This document shows, piece by piece, positions 50,027 to 60,158 of a stretch of DNA of 64,000 nucleotides. Under the pieces are notes generated by a model that worked only from the letters and a program-made list of their open reading frames with translations, ran no database searches and was not told where the DNA came from. The stretch lies in the NCBI GenBank assembly GCA_965205485.1, contig OZ242180.1, forward strand, positions 2,560,001 to 2,624,000, given 5' to 3'. Both the position numbers and the translations under genes were made by a program. This DNA is from Candidatus Latescibacterota bacterium (lineage in GTDB: Bacteria; Latescibacterota; UBA2968; GCA-2709665). Each line of letters begins with the position of its first letter. Position 1 is the first letter of the stretch.

Positions 50027-50102
50027 TAACGCGGAACTTCCCTGCGCTACCGACGGTATTCCAGGATTCTGAACACGAATCCGTTCCATCAATTCCCTGC
50101 TG

Positions 50103-51926
50103 ATGAAAACCATGAAGTCGATTCTGATCGTCAAGCCGGATGAGAACCTCGAGCACGACTTCGCGACGGAGATCCTGAAGGCCGAGGGACTGTTTCATTT
50201 CAACGTCCTCTCACAGAACGAGTTGGATCCGACTCGCCTGAAGGATGCGACCGTGGTGTTGACGCTTCGTGGGGCGTTCGGACGGCGGGCCTCCGGGATT
50301 CTCTTCGACTACGTGCGCGGCGGCGGGCGGCTGCTGGCGGTGATGCCGGACGGCGACCTGGCGGCAAGGCTGGGCGTGAAGCGCCGGGTTGTGGTGTCGA
50401 CCCAGAAAGTGGATCCGAACAAGGAAACGGCCTCGGAGCCTTCGGCAAACGAGCCCCAGGCGGTTTCGGACGGTCGGGTTGTCGTTCACCCCGCCGCCGG
50501 ACTTACGGTACCGCCTGAGCCGTTGTACTGCCCGCGGGAAACCGGGCTCAGCGTCTCGTGCGACGGCGAGGAACTGGCCGCGTTGGTCGACAACCTGGGA
50601 AAGCGGAGCGGTCCTGCCATTGTCCGGAAACGCATCGAACGGGGCAGGGCGTTTGTGCTGGCTTACGACGTGGTCGGGGCGGTGCTGCGGTTGAGACACG
50701 GAACCTGGGCGCTGGAACAGCAGGCCCAAATGCTGCCGCTGCGAGGGCCGAGGCATGTCTTCGGGCTGATCGGGATCGCAGAGCGTCACTCCCGGCAGCA
50801 CCCGCTGGCGGATATTCACCAGGACCTGTTCCGGGAGTTGCTGCTGGACCTGCACGGCGGCGGCATCGTGCCCCGCATCTGGCACATGCCCGATGCGCGG
50901 CGCGTGGCCGTCTTCTTCAAGTCGGACGGGTGCGGGGAGGAGGGCGCTCCGGTGGGGATGGACCTGGCGGAGCAGTACGGGCACAAGCATAATTTCTTCA
51001 GGGCGCCGGTGAGCCGGTACGAGGGGAAGTTGATCCGCGAGTGGCAGGACCGGGGCCACTTCATGTCGATCGAAGTGGATATATTTCCGCTTACGTACAA
51101 CCGCCTATTGAAAGAACTCGACGACGGGGTCCACGAACGCATCCGCACGGAAATGGAGGTCCAGGCGCGTCGTTTTACCGACGAAGCGGGTCTACCGGTG
51201 ACCGACATCGTGATCCACGGTTGCCAGTGGACGGGGGCCGGGACCGCGAAGATACTGACGGACCACGGATGGCGAATGCCGTTTCACTTCTGCGGCCACG
51301 ATCCGCGGATGAACAGGTACGACTTCGGACCGTTTTCGCTGGCGTCGGCCATGCCCATGCGCTACTTCGACCCGGACGAAGGGCTGCTGGACCTGTTTCT
51401 CCAGCCCTGCACGTTCGACGATTCGCAGAGCATCACCGAGCCAGGCGTCGGCACGCTGGGTCTGAGCCAGGTGGAGTACGCGGAGGCGGCAGTCCGTTGG
51501 GTCGTGGAGTCCCGCGACCGCTGGCACGTGCCGCACATCGGGACCTTCCACCCGTGTTATCTGATCCGGCCCAAAGGAGACCTGCGACGCACGTTCGAGG
51601 CGGCCAATATCGTGTACGCGTCCCTGGCGGCGATGGGCATCGAAACCGGCAGCCTGCAGGAGTGGTCCCGCTTCGTCCAGGCTCGGGACGCGTTGCGGGT
51701 TGAACTGCTGAGTTCCTGCCCGGAACGGGCGGTTGCCAGGCTGACGGCAATTGAGGCGATCGAGGGCCTGACGATCATCGCGGAGGGAGGCGGGGAGGTC
51801 TCGCGCGTGCTTCTGGACGGCCGTGAGCAGTCCCCCGTGACGCTCGAAGTTGAGGGGCGCCGGTGTTCGGCGGTCGTGATTTCCCTTGACCGGAACCAGG
51901 AAGCCGAATTGGCAATGGTGGCCTGA
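50103..51926 (+). CDS. Hypothetical protein: class-I-GATase-like N-terminal domain plus NodB/deacetylase-like barrel
   Basis: FDYVRGGGRLL; FFKSDG, WQDRGH, VIHGCQW, GTFHP; same layout as 58383-60119. Confidence 0.6.
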   Translation: MKTMKSILIVKPDENLEHDFATEILKAEGLFHFNVLSQNELDPTRLKDATVVLTLRGAFGRRASGILFDYVRGGGRLLAVMPDGDLAARLGVKRRVVVSTQKVDPNKETASEPSANEPQAVSDGRVVVHPAAGLTVPPEPLYCPRETGLSVSCDGEELAALVDNLGKRSGPAIVRKRIERGRAFVLAYDVVGAVLRLRHGTWALEQQAQMLPLRGPRHVFGLIGIAERHSRQHPLADIHQDLFRELLLDLHGGGIVPRIWHMPDARRVAVFFKSDGCGEEGAPVGMDLAEQYGHKHNFFRAPVSRYEGKLIREWQDRGHFMSIEVDIFPLTYNRLLKELDDGVHERIRTEMEVQARRFTDEAGLPVTDIVIHGCQWTGAGTAKILTDHGWRMPFHFCGHDPRMNRYDFGPFSLASAMPMRYFDPDEGLLDLFLQPCTFDDSQSITEPGVGTLGLSQVEYAEAAVRWVVESRDRWHVPHIGTFHPCYLIRPKGDLRRTFEAANIVYASLAAMGIETGSLQEWSRFVQARDALRVELLSSCPERAVARLTAIEAIEGLTIIAEGGGEVSRVLLDGREQSPVTLEVEGRRCSAVVISLDRNQEAELAMVA

Positions 51927-51954
51927 CGCCGAAAGCGGATGAGAAGGAGGAGCG

Positions 51955-53199
51955 ATGAAATTCGCACCCAGGCCGGAGAACGACTTTGCGGATTATATCC
52001 GGTCGTACTACGAGGCGTGCCGGTATCACTGCGACAAGATCGAGGCGATCGCGGGCAAGTGGATGTTCCGGGACCTGCTGCCGGGCATGAGCGATTTCGA
52101 CACCCGCTTTATCGTGAACGACGGCATGACGGTGGACGACTGGTGCGAGTTGTCCACGACCATGGGGGAGACGCATCTGCGGCTGTGCGAGAAATATCCC
52201 TGCTGGGCGCGGAACTTCGAGCACCTGCCCGGGGTGAATCTGACCTGGTCCGAACTCACGTCGGAGCGGAACTACTATCCGGAATACCACCAGTGGACGT
52301 ACTATCTGACCGAGGACAAGAAGAGACTCGGCGAGGCCCTGGACACCCTCGCCCGGAGACCCTGGGACGAGAAGGACGAGTATTTTCATCTGAAAAAGTT
52401 CTGCCTGTATTTCGGGCGATACAACCGCACGATCGATCCCGCGATCAACCTGGGAGTTCACGAGAACAAATATCCCCTGCACAGCCGGATCATGCATTAT
52501 TTCAATCCGCCGGTCCACTCGGCCGTCTGCGTTCTCGAGAAACAGAATATCTGCGGCAAGCTGGATGCGTTCGAGATCGCGGAACGGCATTTCCCCGGGC
52601 TGCGATGCTGGGACCTGATCAGGGAGATTCTGCACGCCCACTACGAGATGCCCAGGTGGTACGAGGAGCCGCACCTTACCACGCTGGAGGACGCGCTGGA
52701 AGATGCTCTTGGGGAAATACTGGTACGGTTGAGGGACGCAGTGACGCTGATCCCCGGTGAGGCGGGCGCGGATATCGGCGGGTGGAGAGCGGCGCTTCAG
52801 GAGGTGCCGGTGGACCCCGCGCTGGTGATTTTCGACAATGCCAAATTCTCGCGCCTGATGAAGGGCCGCCTCCACTTCTACGGCCACGCTCCGGCGCATT
52901 TCGATACCACCTGGCTGATTCAGAACGAGCTGGGGCGAATCGGCAACAGCTTCTTCCGGATGCCGTTCCGGACGTTCTGGAAGATCAGGACGGGTGAGAC
53001 GGTGGACGATCCTGTAGCAATTCTGGACGAACTGAAAGGAGATCTCCTGTCTCCGTCGGAGGTGGAGGGCACGAAGGCGTTCGCCCGGTTGACGCCGGAC
53101 GAGTGGGAAGCGGGTAAGGAGCACGAGATCGCGGCGGACATCGTGGAGGTCTTCGACGAATTCTTCAGGGCGTTGAACAAGATCAGCGAGGCGGTATAG
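51955..53199 (+). CDS. Hypothetical protein with a Pol-beta-type nucleotidyltransferase-like motif
   Basis: IAGKW…LLPGMSDFDTRFIV; RBS AAGGAGG; coding-like codon usage. Confidence 0.6.
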   Translation: MKFAPRPENDFADYIRSYYEACRYHCDKIEAIAGKWMFRDLLPGMSDFDTRFIVNDGMTVDDWCELSTTMGETHLRLCEKYPCWARNFEHLPGVNLTWSELTSERNYYPEYHQWTYYLTEDKKRLGEALDTLARRPWDEKDEYFHLKKFCLYFGRYNRTIDPAINLGVHENKYPLHSRIMHYFNPPVHSAVCVLEKQNICGKLDAFEIAERHFPGLRCWDLIREILHAHYEMPRWYEEPHLTTLEDALEDALGEILVRLRDAVTLIPGEAGADIGGWRAALQEVPVDPALVIFDNAKFSRLMKGRLHFYGHAPAHFDTTWLIQNELGRIGNSFFRMPFRTFWKIRTGETVDDPVAILDELKGDLLSPSEVEGTKAFARLTPDEWEAGKEHEIAADIVEVFDEFFRALNKISEAV

Positions 53200-53258
53200 G
53201 TGTCAGTGGGAGGCGGAGTTTCGTGATACCGCCGCCTTGTAACTGAAAGGGGAGTCAG

Positions 53259-54401
53259 ATGCAGATCAGGGCGCTCAGATTGCAGGACGTGGACTACGGC
53301 AACCAGTGGGACGACGAGATCGAGGACCGCTGGGAATACAACGACTTCAGGGCTGATTCGTCCTGGCGCGAGGGCTGGATCAGCATGGACAGCGTGTATC
53401 ACAACGCGGAGGATGACCGCGTCTATCTCGGGATCACATCCTTCAACGCCGATATCTTCCGCGCGTACGATCGCGCAACCGGAGCGTTCGAGGATCTGGG
53501 GTACGGCAAGGTGGCCGATCCATTCGACGCCAAGTTTCACAGGTCGCTGGTTCGGTGGGAGAAGGACGGCTGTCTGTACGGGGCAATTGCGCTCCTGCAC
53601 GATATCGACCGGTACTGGGAGGCACCCGGCGGGGCCATCGTCAAATACGATCCGGCGACCGGCGATATTCAGAAACTGGGAGTTCCCATGCCGCATATGT
53701 ACATCCAGTCGATCTGCCTGGACCAGGAGCGCGGCGTGATCTACGGGATGACGTTTACGCCGGAGCGGATGTTCCGGTTCAACCTCGCGGACGGCCGCTC
53801 GGACGACCTGGGGCCGATCAGCAGCGGGATGGAGATGGCCCAGGGCGAGAACGTCGAGCTGGACGACGACGGGTGCGTGTGGTGCGGCTGGAGCGTGACC
53901 CGGGCGTGGCAGAATTTCGCGGGCGTGGACCGCAACCGGCTGTGCAAGTTCGACCCGGAAACGGACAGGATCGCGTATTTCGACGCCGGTCTGCCCAAGC
54001 CGGACGGCAGCTACGGATACGAGCGCGTGGAGGGTATTTTCAACCTGGGCGGGGGCCGGATGTACGCCAGCGGCGCGAACGGGTCGATATACCGGATCGA
54101 TACCGAGACCGGGATGGGTACCTACCTCGGCACGCCCGTTGCCGACCGCCGCAGCCGGCTGACCACCCTGCAGCCCGGCCCGGACGGGGCCGCCTGGGGC
54201 GTGACCGGGCGGGACGGGAAGTGTGAGGTGATCCGGTTCGACGCCGATACGGAATCGTGGGACCTGCTGGGCACCGTGTCGGATGGCGACGCACACTGCT
54301 GGCAGGTGCACGACGTAGCCGTCACTCCCGACGGGACGATCTACGCGGGCGAAAACGACAGCCCCTACCGCAGTGGATATCTCTGGGAAATCAAGGTTTG
54401 A
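53259..54401 (+). CDS. Cytoplasmic beta-propeller protein
   Basis: About 7 blades of xDGxxY/W…YDPxTG…DLG; no signal peptide. Confidence 0.75.
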   Translation: MQIRALRLQDVDYGNQWDDEIEDRWEYNDFRADSSWREGWISMDSVYHNAEDDRVYLGITSFNADIFRAYDRATGAFEDLGYGKVADPFDAKFHRSLVRWEKDGCLYGAIALLHDIDRYWEAPGGAIVKYDPATGDIQKLGVPMPHMYIQSICLDQERGVIYGMTFTPERMFRFNLADGRSDDLGPISSGMEMAQGENVELDDDGCVWCGWSVTRAWQNFAGVDRNRLCKFDPETDRIAYFDAGLPKPDGSYGYERVEGIFNLGGGRMYASGANGSIYRIDTETGMGTYLGTPVADRRSRLTTLQPGPDGAAWGVTGRDGKCEVIRFDADTESWDLLGTVSDGDAHCWQVHDVAVTPDGTIYAGENDSPYRSGYLWEIKV

Positions 54402-54621
54402 CCGGTACAGACGGACGTACACAGGGTTGCAAACGTACGCGGCGTTGCTATATGCAACGCCGTTGTTGTGTTGAACTCAACATGCCGGGTCCCAAGAGAC
54501 GAGCCACGAATGAAGACTGAAATGGGAGATTCACAGTAACCGGCATTTCAATATATCAGAACAAGGAACGACTGCTTGAGGTTCAGTTGTATTTTTATGC
54601 CGAATCAGGTATATTTGTCGT

Positions 54622-54954
54622 ATGTTGAGCAGGCCGATTTTCTGGGTGTCGTCTTCAAGGGATGATCTGCGAAGATTTCCCGCGTCGGCGCGCCGCAAGG
54701 CGGGTTTACAGTTGCAGGCATTACAACGCGGAGACGCACCTGCCGATTTCAGGCCCATGCGCTCAATAGGTCCGGGTGTCATCGAGATTCGTATCAACAC
54801 GGGCAACGCTTACCGCATTTTCTACGTAGCCAAGTTTGCCGAATGTATTTATGTCTTGCATGCCTTTCGGAAAACGGCACAGCGTACGTCGAAGCGAGAT
54901 ATTCAACTTGGCCGGCAACGATACCGAACACTGCTAAAACACAGGCAAGGCTGA
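54622..54954 (+). CDS. RelE/ParE-family (HigB-like) toxin
   Basis: DFRPMRSIGPGVIEIRI…YRIFYVAKF…IYVLHAFRK; toxin-first gene order. Confidence 0.88.
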   Translation: MLSRPIFWVSSSRDDLRRFPASARRKAGLQLQALQRGDAPADFRPMRSIGPGVIEIRINTGNAYRIFYVAKFAECIYVLHAFRKTAQRTSKRDIQLGRQRYRTLLKHRQG

Positions 54955-54969
54955 CAAGGAGACAACGCT

Positions 54970-55257
54970 ATGGAAGTGATTCAAGGCCGCGATAACGTAT
55001 TCGAAGATATCGGTTTCGATCGGACAGAAGCGGCGAGCTTAAGGGTCCGTGCTGATCTGATGCTCGACCTAAGACGGTACATCCAGGCCAACGGGTGGAC
55101 ACAACGTCAGGCTGCTGAATTCTTCGGCGAGTCACAACCACGAATCAGCAACTTGATGAAGGGAGATATCGGTCGCTTTAGCGTGGATAAATTGATAAAC
55201 ATGCTGACGCGAGCGGGGATGCAGGTCGAAATCTACGTCAAACCACAGGCAGCGTAA
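54970..55257 (+). CDS. XRE-family HTH antitoxin (HigA-like)
   Basis: NVFEDIGF, WTQRQAAEFFGESQPRISNLMKG, FSVDKL; RBS AAGGAG. Confidence 0.9.
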   Translation: MEVIQGRDNVFEDIGFDRTEAASLRVRADLMLDLRRYIQANGWTQRQAAEFFGESQPRISNLMKGDIGRFSVDKLINMLTRAGMQVEIYVKPQAA

Positions 55258-55477
55258 TCAAGAGCGCCATCCGTTTTACCCGACGCTGGATGTCTTGGAA
55301 CGGCGTCCGTTCGTCGCCTCATACAGGGATCATACCTAGGATCTCACGTTCGGCACGGACGAATTCTCAGGCGAGGCGGTGACAGGATCTGCTTTTCTGT
55401 CAAAACTGATGTGGATCATTGATGTTGTCGACGAGCGATCTTTATCTGTGGCTCAGGTTTGACGTCACGTTTGAGAG

Positions 55478-55702
55478 GTGAGCGAAATGAACGCACATCG
55501 CGTTGAAACGGTTATACGCCAGGACAAAACGGTTTTGCTGGAGGATTTGCCTTTCCAGGCAGGCGAATCGGTCGAAGTCATCATTTCCCACTGTTATGCA
55601 AAACACAAAAAGAAGGAACACTATACGTTGCGTGGCACGTCAATAAAATACGTCGATCCCACAAAACCTGTAGCTGGCGGTGATTGGAACGTATCGCAAT
55701 GA
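55478..55702 (+). CDS. Small putative antitoxin upstream of the PIN gene
   Basis: LEDLPFQAGESVEVII…YVDPTKPVAGGDW; ATGA coupling to the PIN ORF. Confidence 0.65.
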   Translation: MSEMNAHRVETVIRQDKTVLLEDLPFQAGESVEVIISHCYAKHKKKEHYTLRGTSIKYVDPTKPVAGGDWNVSQ

Positions 55703-55895
55703 TCGCCCTTGATACACACATCTGGGTGTGATGGATCCATGGAGACGCCAACCTCACCAGCCAACAGGTTACCAGGTTGGAACAATTCGAGTCTCAAGGC
55801 CTTGGTGTGAGTGCAATTTCATGCTGGGAAGTTGCTAAGTTGGTCGAGTACAAGCGGCTCGTCCTGTCTTTTCCGAATAATCTTGGAAAGCAGTA
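55699..55895 (+). pseudogene. vapC: VapC/PIN toxin pseudogene (TGA at codon 11; truncated at a REPIN)
   Basis: MIALDTHIWV*WIHG…GVSAISCWEVAKLVEYKRL. Confidence 0.85.
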
Positions 55896-55897
55896 CC

Positions 55898-56046
55898 GGA
55901 GCGAGGGCATCCTGCCCTCGAATAGCAGGTGACCCATCGATATCCACATCAAGGGCCAATTGCCTTCTCTCCATCCCAGGCCACATCTGGAATACCGGCG
56001 CCAGGTCCTCGTGAATCAGCCGTCGAGGGCAGGATGCCCTCGCTCC
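55898..56046. repeat. REPIN-like element, copy 3
   Basis: Same inverted GGAG REP arms and CATCAAGGGCCAATTGC core as copy 1. Confidence 0.9.
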
Positions 56047-56197
56047 CGGGAAAGGCGACGCTGACATTCGTTCCATGCCCATTCGAGATCTCTGAAAACC
56101 TCACGGTTCTTGGACAGCAATAAGTCCTGAGATATTCTGGATATTTACTCCTCCGACCCGTCTTCGCGTATGCGTCCCGGATGTAATGGTGGCACCG

Positions 56198-56670
56198 ATG
56201 ACACGGATTTTGCGACACAAGCTGGACGCCATCGCGAAAGCCTGCGAACGCCACGGCGTGATCCGGTTGGATGCGTTCGGATCGGCTCTTCGCGATGAGT
56301 TCCAGCCCGGCCGGAGCGACGTGGATCTCCTTGTCGAACTCGGCTCGATGGAACCCTGACAGTCCGTTGAAAAAGTCGCTCTGCAGGCGAGGCCGAGCCA
56401 TTGTGGCCGAAGACAAGGCGCGCGACCGAGTCCCATCCTGCGATTCGGCGAGGGAGCGCAACGCAGTATTTCGACCGCAAGGGCCGGCCGTAGCCCGGAT
56501 GGACTTTTTCAACGGGCTGTTAAGCTCGAGTCGATGCCTACTTCGGCCTGCTTGAAGACCTGAGGGCCATCCTGGGTGAGCAGGTCGATCTGGTCATTTC
56601 AGGCGCCGTGAAGAACCCCTAATTCGCACGCGAGATTGCGCGTACGAAGGAGCTGCTATATGCCGCGTGA
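56198..56670 (+). pseudogene. MNT (minimal nucleotidyltransferase) antitoxin pseudogene interrupted by a MITE and stop codons
   Basis: LDAFGSALRDEFQPGRSDVDLLVE; after the insert ARVDAYFGLLEDLRAILGEQVDLV…VKNP*FAREI…LLYAA*. Confidence 0.85.
56360..56519. mobile_element. 160-bp MITE with 18-bp terminal inverted repeats (IS5/IS1182-like CAG ends)
   Basis: CAGTCCGTTGAAAAAGTC … GACTTTTTCAACGGGCTG (1 mismatch); splits the MNT frame. Confidence 0.85.
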
Positions 56671-56692
56671 CGCGCGAGCCTACCCGTCGGAT
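56660..56692 (+). pseudogene. 5' stub of a HEPN/DUF86 toxin (MPRDARAYPSD)
   Basis: Overlaps the MNT stop as in MNT-HEPN pairs; ends where the convergent gene ends. Confidence 0.5.
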
Positions 56693-57882
56693 TACGGTCC
56701 GGCCTCGCGGATCACCGTTACCTTGTAGACGCCTGTTGTCGCTCCGTCCTCCGCCGTCACTCTGATTTCGATCCTGTTATTGCCGGCCTGAAGCCCGTCG
56801 AACGTCACCGACTTGCGCGTCGTGCCGTCCATCGTCAGGCTCATTCCGGTATTCCGAACCACGAGAGGCGTCCCGTCTGAAGCGGTTCCGCTTGAGGCGT
56901 GCGTCATACTGCTCGGGTTGGAGATGGTTATCGTGACGGTTGTCGCACTGGCTGCCACAGTCGCCTCGTACGAGCCGGTATCGCGGTCAAATGCCGGGCG
57001 CAGTATTGACTTTTCCGCCGTTACCCCGAAGAAGCCCGCCTTGCCCTCCGCCAGCGCCATCCCCGTGAGTTTCGTATCCCGGCTTGGCGCAATCCGGGTG
57101 ACCGTGATCGTGTAACGCTCCGTTGACTTTCCGTCCTCGGCAGTTGCCGCGAGTTCCAGGGTATTCCGGCCCACGGTCAGGCCGGCGATCTTTAGTTTGT
57201 CGACCTTGAGGGAGGACCCGTCCGCCGCGGTTCCCTCCAACCGTACCAACGTCGCCGCTTCCTTCCTCCCCACGATAACTTCGACGTTGGTCGTCCCGTA
57301 GGGCACGGCAGCCTGATAGGTCTTCGTTTCCGGCGCAAAAGCGGGTGCGAGGCCGCTCCCCGACAGCGCCAGTGCGGTCAGTCCGGCATCGCTTCCGGGT
57401 GTTCTTGCCCGCCCAACCGAAACGTCGTAGTTTACTTTCGTCTTCTCTTTTCTCCGTCCCTGCTCCACCTCGAACTGAATCGAGTTTTCCCCCGGACCGA
57501 GTCCATCGAACGACAAGATGGTGTACCGCTTCGAACGCCTTCTGCCGGACCAGGCATTGCGTTCAAGCTTCGTGCCGTCGGACGTCCTGCTTCGTTTCAC
57601 ATTGACTTTCGACCGGCTCCTGTAATAGAGTACCAACGTAACGCCCGTGCCGCTATACGGTGCGGAGACCGTATAGGAGGTTGTCCCGTCCGCGCGAGAC
57701 GCGGGCAGCGCGGGCAGGGACAGCGGCAGAGATTTCGGCTTCTCGGAAAGAAAACCGAGATGTGCGCGAAGCGAATCAACACCCGTCGCTGTCGCGGATC
57801 CTGCCAAGCCGAGAATCGACGCAGAAGAAAACAGAAACACGGCGAAGAGCGTTCCCGGCCGCCTGATCCATCGCATGGCCAT
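56692..57882 (-). CDS. Secreted protein with tandem cadherin-like beta-sandwich domains
   Basis: Signal peptide; LAPAFAPETKTYQAAVP…TAEDGKSTERYTITVTR and LRPAFDRDTGSYEATV…VTAEDGATTGVYKVTVIR. Confidence 0.8.
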   Translation of the reverse strand: MAMRWIRRPGTLFAVFLFSSASILGLAGSATATGVDSLRAHLGFLSEKPKSLPLSLPALPASRADGTTSYTVSAPYSGTGVTLVLYYRSRSKVNVKRSRTSDGTKLERNAWSGRRRSKRYTILSFDGLGPGENSIQFEVEQGRRKEKTKVNYDVSVGRARTPGSDAGLTALALSGSGLAPAFAPETKTYQAAVPYGTTNVEVIVGRKEAATLVRLEGTAADGSSLKVDKLKIAGLTVGRNTLELAATAEDGKSTERYTITVTRIAPSRDTKLTGMALAEGKAGFFGVTAEKSILRPAFDRDTGSYEATVAASATTVTITISNPSSMTHASSGTASDGTPLVVRNTGMSLTMDGTTRKSVTFDGLQAGNNRIEIRVTAEDGATTGVYKVTVIREAGP

Positions 57883-58165
57883 TTCGCGATACGGCGCGAT
57901 TTTTGGGTATTCGGTCCGTCTGGGCGACTCGGGAGTTGCGTCTTCGATTCTCGAATTGAATGGAAGTGTTTCCTTTTGGATTCGGAAAGACATCGCCCTG
58001 CTCCTTTCGAAATGGAAAGGTAATCGTTCGTGAATTCAATGTGAAACGGTCCGTTCCGATTTTCATTTCTCAATATAGGCTGCGCAACAGAAAAGGAAAT
58101 TAAATTCACACATATTTCAAAGAGTTTCTGGCTTCCCGACAACAAAGTCATCAGCTGAAGACTAA

Positions 58166-58356
58166 CCTTGATTCGTAAGTCTTCGGGGACGTTAATTCGA
58201 ATATGTGCTTGTAAATAAAGGCGATTAGACGGCGGATTACCAGGATACACCAGGTCACTCGACTTGAAGGGAAAAAATGTCCTTCTATACGTCGATAACG
58301 CCCCGTTTCGGAGGGTTTTATCGCGTCGCCGCGTTGCTGTTTTTTTCGGATTGAGG
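58166..58356 (+). mobile_element. MITE-like element with perfect 4-bp target duplication CTAA
   Basis: CTAA at 58162-58165 and 58357-58360; ends CCTTGATTCG / CGGATTGAGG; homologous to 14279-14493. Confidence 0.75.
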
Positions 58357-58382
58357 CTAAACACAAGATGATGGAGTGAGCC

Positions 58383-60119
58383 ATGGCTTCAGGCAGCGGA
58401 AGGGTACAGCGGGAACGGCATACCAGTACGGGTAACGGCGCACTGCTGGTGGTCATCGACAGCGGCGGGCCGTACTGGGAGCGCATGATCGTGGAGGAGA
58501 CGGTCCTCGCGGCGCTGGCGCATTTCGGTATGCCGTTTCGGTTGCTGGACCTGGCTGGGGAGCGTCCTGCGCCGGAGTCATTGGACCAGTGCGCGGGTAT
58601 CCTGCTGGCGCAGAACGGGTTGGGCGCGTCGTTGACCCGTTGCGAGACGGGTCTGATTGCGGACGCGGTTCGTAGTGGCGCCGGGCTGGTCAACTTCGAC
58701 TACGACCTGAGGGCATATAAGGGGCCTCTCCTGGAAATATTCGGTTTCGACCGGATCAATCCGCATCCATACGCGACCGATACCGTGCGGATGCAGGAAC
58801 GGGATCACTATATCACGGAATTGCAGTCACCCGGAGAATTCCACACGTTCGACCGGATGGTGACGGCGATCGCCGCCGAAAAGTGGGGCGACTCCGTGGT
58901 TCCGCTCGCGGACGGAATTCTGGGAAAGGAGCAGCTGATCTATATCCGGCACCTGTCGCCCTGGAGCGCATTTGAGCCGCGCAATTATCCCCTGGCGTTC
59001 GCCACGGAACGGGGTGCGGGGCGGGCGGTGCAGTTCACGTTGAACTCTAGAGTGTGGCGGAACGCCTTCTACGGCCATGCCCGCGGGATGGACGATCTGT
59101 TCTGGCGGTCGATCGTGTGGACGGCGCGAAAGCCGTTTGCCGCCAACATGATTCCGCCCTTCGTCACCATGTCGTGGGACGATTGCGAGGGACGGCACGA
59201 TTTCGCATTCGCCGATATCGCGAACAGCTACGGGTTCAAACCGATGCCGTCCCTGTTCATCGCGAACGTACCGGAACGCCTGTTTCCCAAAATCAGGGCG
59301 GGAATGCAGAGCGGGGAAATCCACTACAACAGCCACGCGCTGGACTATTATCGGTTGCTGATCTACAATTTCGGAAAGGGCGAGTGTTCGCAGGCGGAAC
59401 TGGAATCCAACTTCGCATTTGCGGACGCGTTCTGGAATCAGGTGGGGGCCAATCCCGGAGCGACGCTGCGATTCCACTGGGGGGAGTACGGCGTTCGGGC
59501 GCTCCCTTTCCTGAAGGAGCGCGGACACCGGTTTTTCTGCCCGGCCCTGCAGACGGGGCTGCACAAGGCCGATATGTGCATGCAGGACGGCTTCTGGCCT
59601 TACGGGCTGCAAACCTGCTATTACGACTATCTGCCCGACGACCACGACTTCTTCGCCTTCGCGGCCATGCTTGCCCGTCATCAGGAGGATTTCCTGACGG
59701 GATGCACGCCCTATCTGCGGGAGAACGAAAGAACGGACGTCGAAAAGGCCGCCGGCAATGCGGCCGTACAGATCCGCCACGGGCTGCGCGCCGGATTCTA
59801 CGCGGAGATCGTGACCCATGAGCAGAAGTTCGACGCCGTAACCATGGAAGAATGGGACCGCATTCTGGCCCGCACGGGTACGATGACGGCCGGCTACGAG
59901 AAGATCTACGCCAGCCACGATGAAATCGGCCACTATCTGCAGGGAAAAGACGGGGTCCGGTTCGATCAGGTATCAACGAACGGAGCGGCGGCGCGGTATA
60001 CGCTGGCAGGCAGAACGTCGGTTCCGTTGCGTATTTCGGCGTTCCGAAACGAAGGTGACGCCGTTGTGCGCGAATACGCTGATGTCGATGCATTCGATGG
60101 ACGAGCGGAGGTCGGCTAA
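58383..60119 (+). CDS. Hypothetical protein: GATase-like N-terminal domain plus deacetylase-like barrel
   Basis: LAHFGMPFRLLDL, AVRSGAGLVNFD; MSWDD, NSHAL, IVTHEQ. Confidence 0.6.
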   Translation: MASGSGRVQRERHTSTGNGALLVVIDSGGPYWERMIVEETVLAALAHFGMPFRLLDLAGERPAPESLDQCAGILLAQNGLGASLTRCETGLIADAVRSGAGLVNFDYDLRAYKGPLLEIFGFDRINPHPYATDTVRMQERDHYITELQSPGEFHTFDRMVTAIAAEKWGDSVVPLADGILGKEQLIYIRHLSPWSAFEPRNYPLAFATERGAGRAVQFTLNSRVWRNAFYGHARGMDDLFWRSIVWTARKPFAANMIPPFVTMSWDDCEGRHDFAFADIANSYGFKPMPSLFIANVPERLFPKIRAGMQSGEIHYNSHALDYYRLLIYNFGKGECSQAELESNFAFADAFWNQVGANPGATLRFHWGEYGVRALPFLKERGHRFFCPALQTGLHKADMCMQDGFWPYGLQTCYYDYLPDDHDFFAFAAMLARHQEDFLTGCTPYLRENERTDVEKAAGNAAVQIRHGLRAGFYAEIVTHEQKFDAVTMEEWDRILARTGTMTAGYEKIYASHDEIGHYLQGKDGVRFDQVSTNGAAARYTLAGRTSVPLRISAFRNEGDAVVREYADVDAFDGRAEVG

Positions 60120-60158
60120 AGTGCAGGGAACCAGCATCAATACCGGAGTCGGAAAGAC

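Noticed and set aside
55729..55731. In-frame TGA in vapC as selenocysteine or recoded Trp
   Set aside because: It sits at a Trp-like position of a gene that is also truncated, and TGA is used as a normal stop throughout the window
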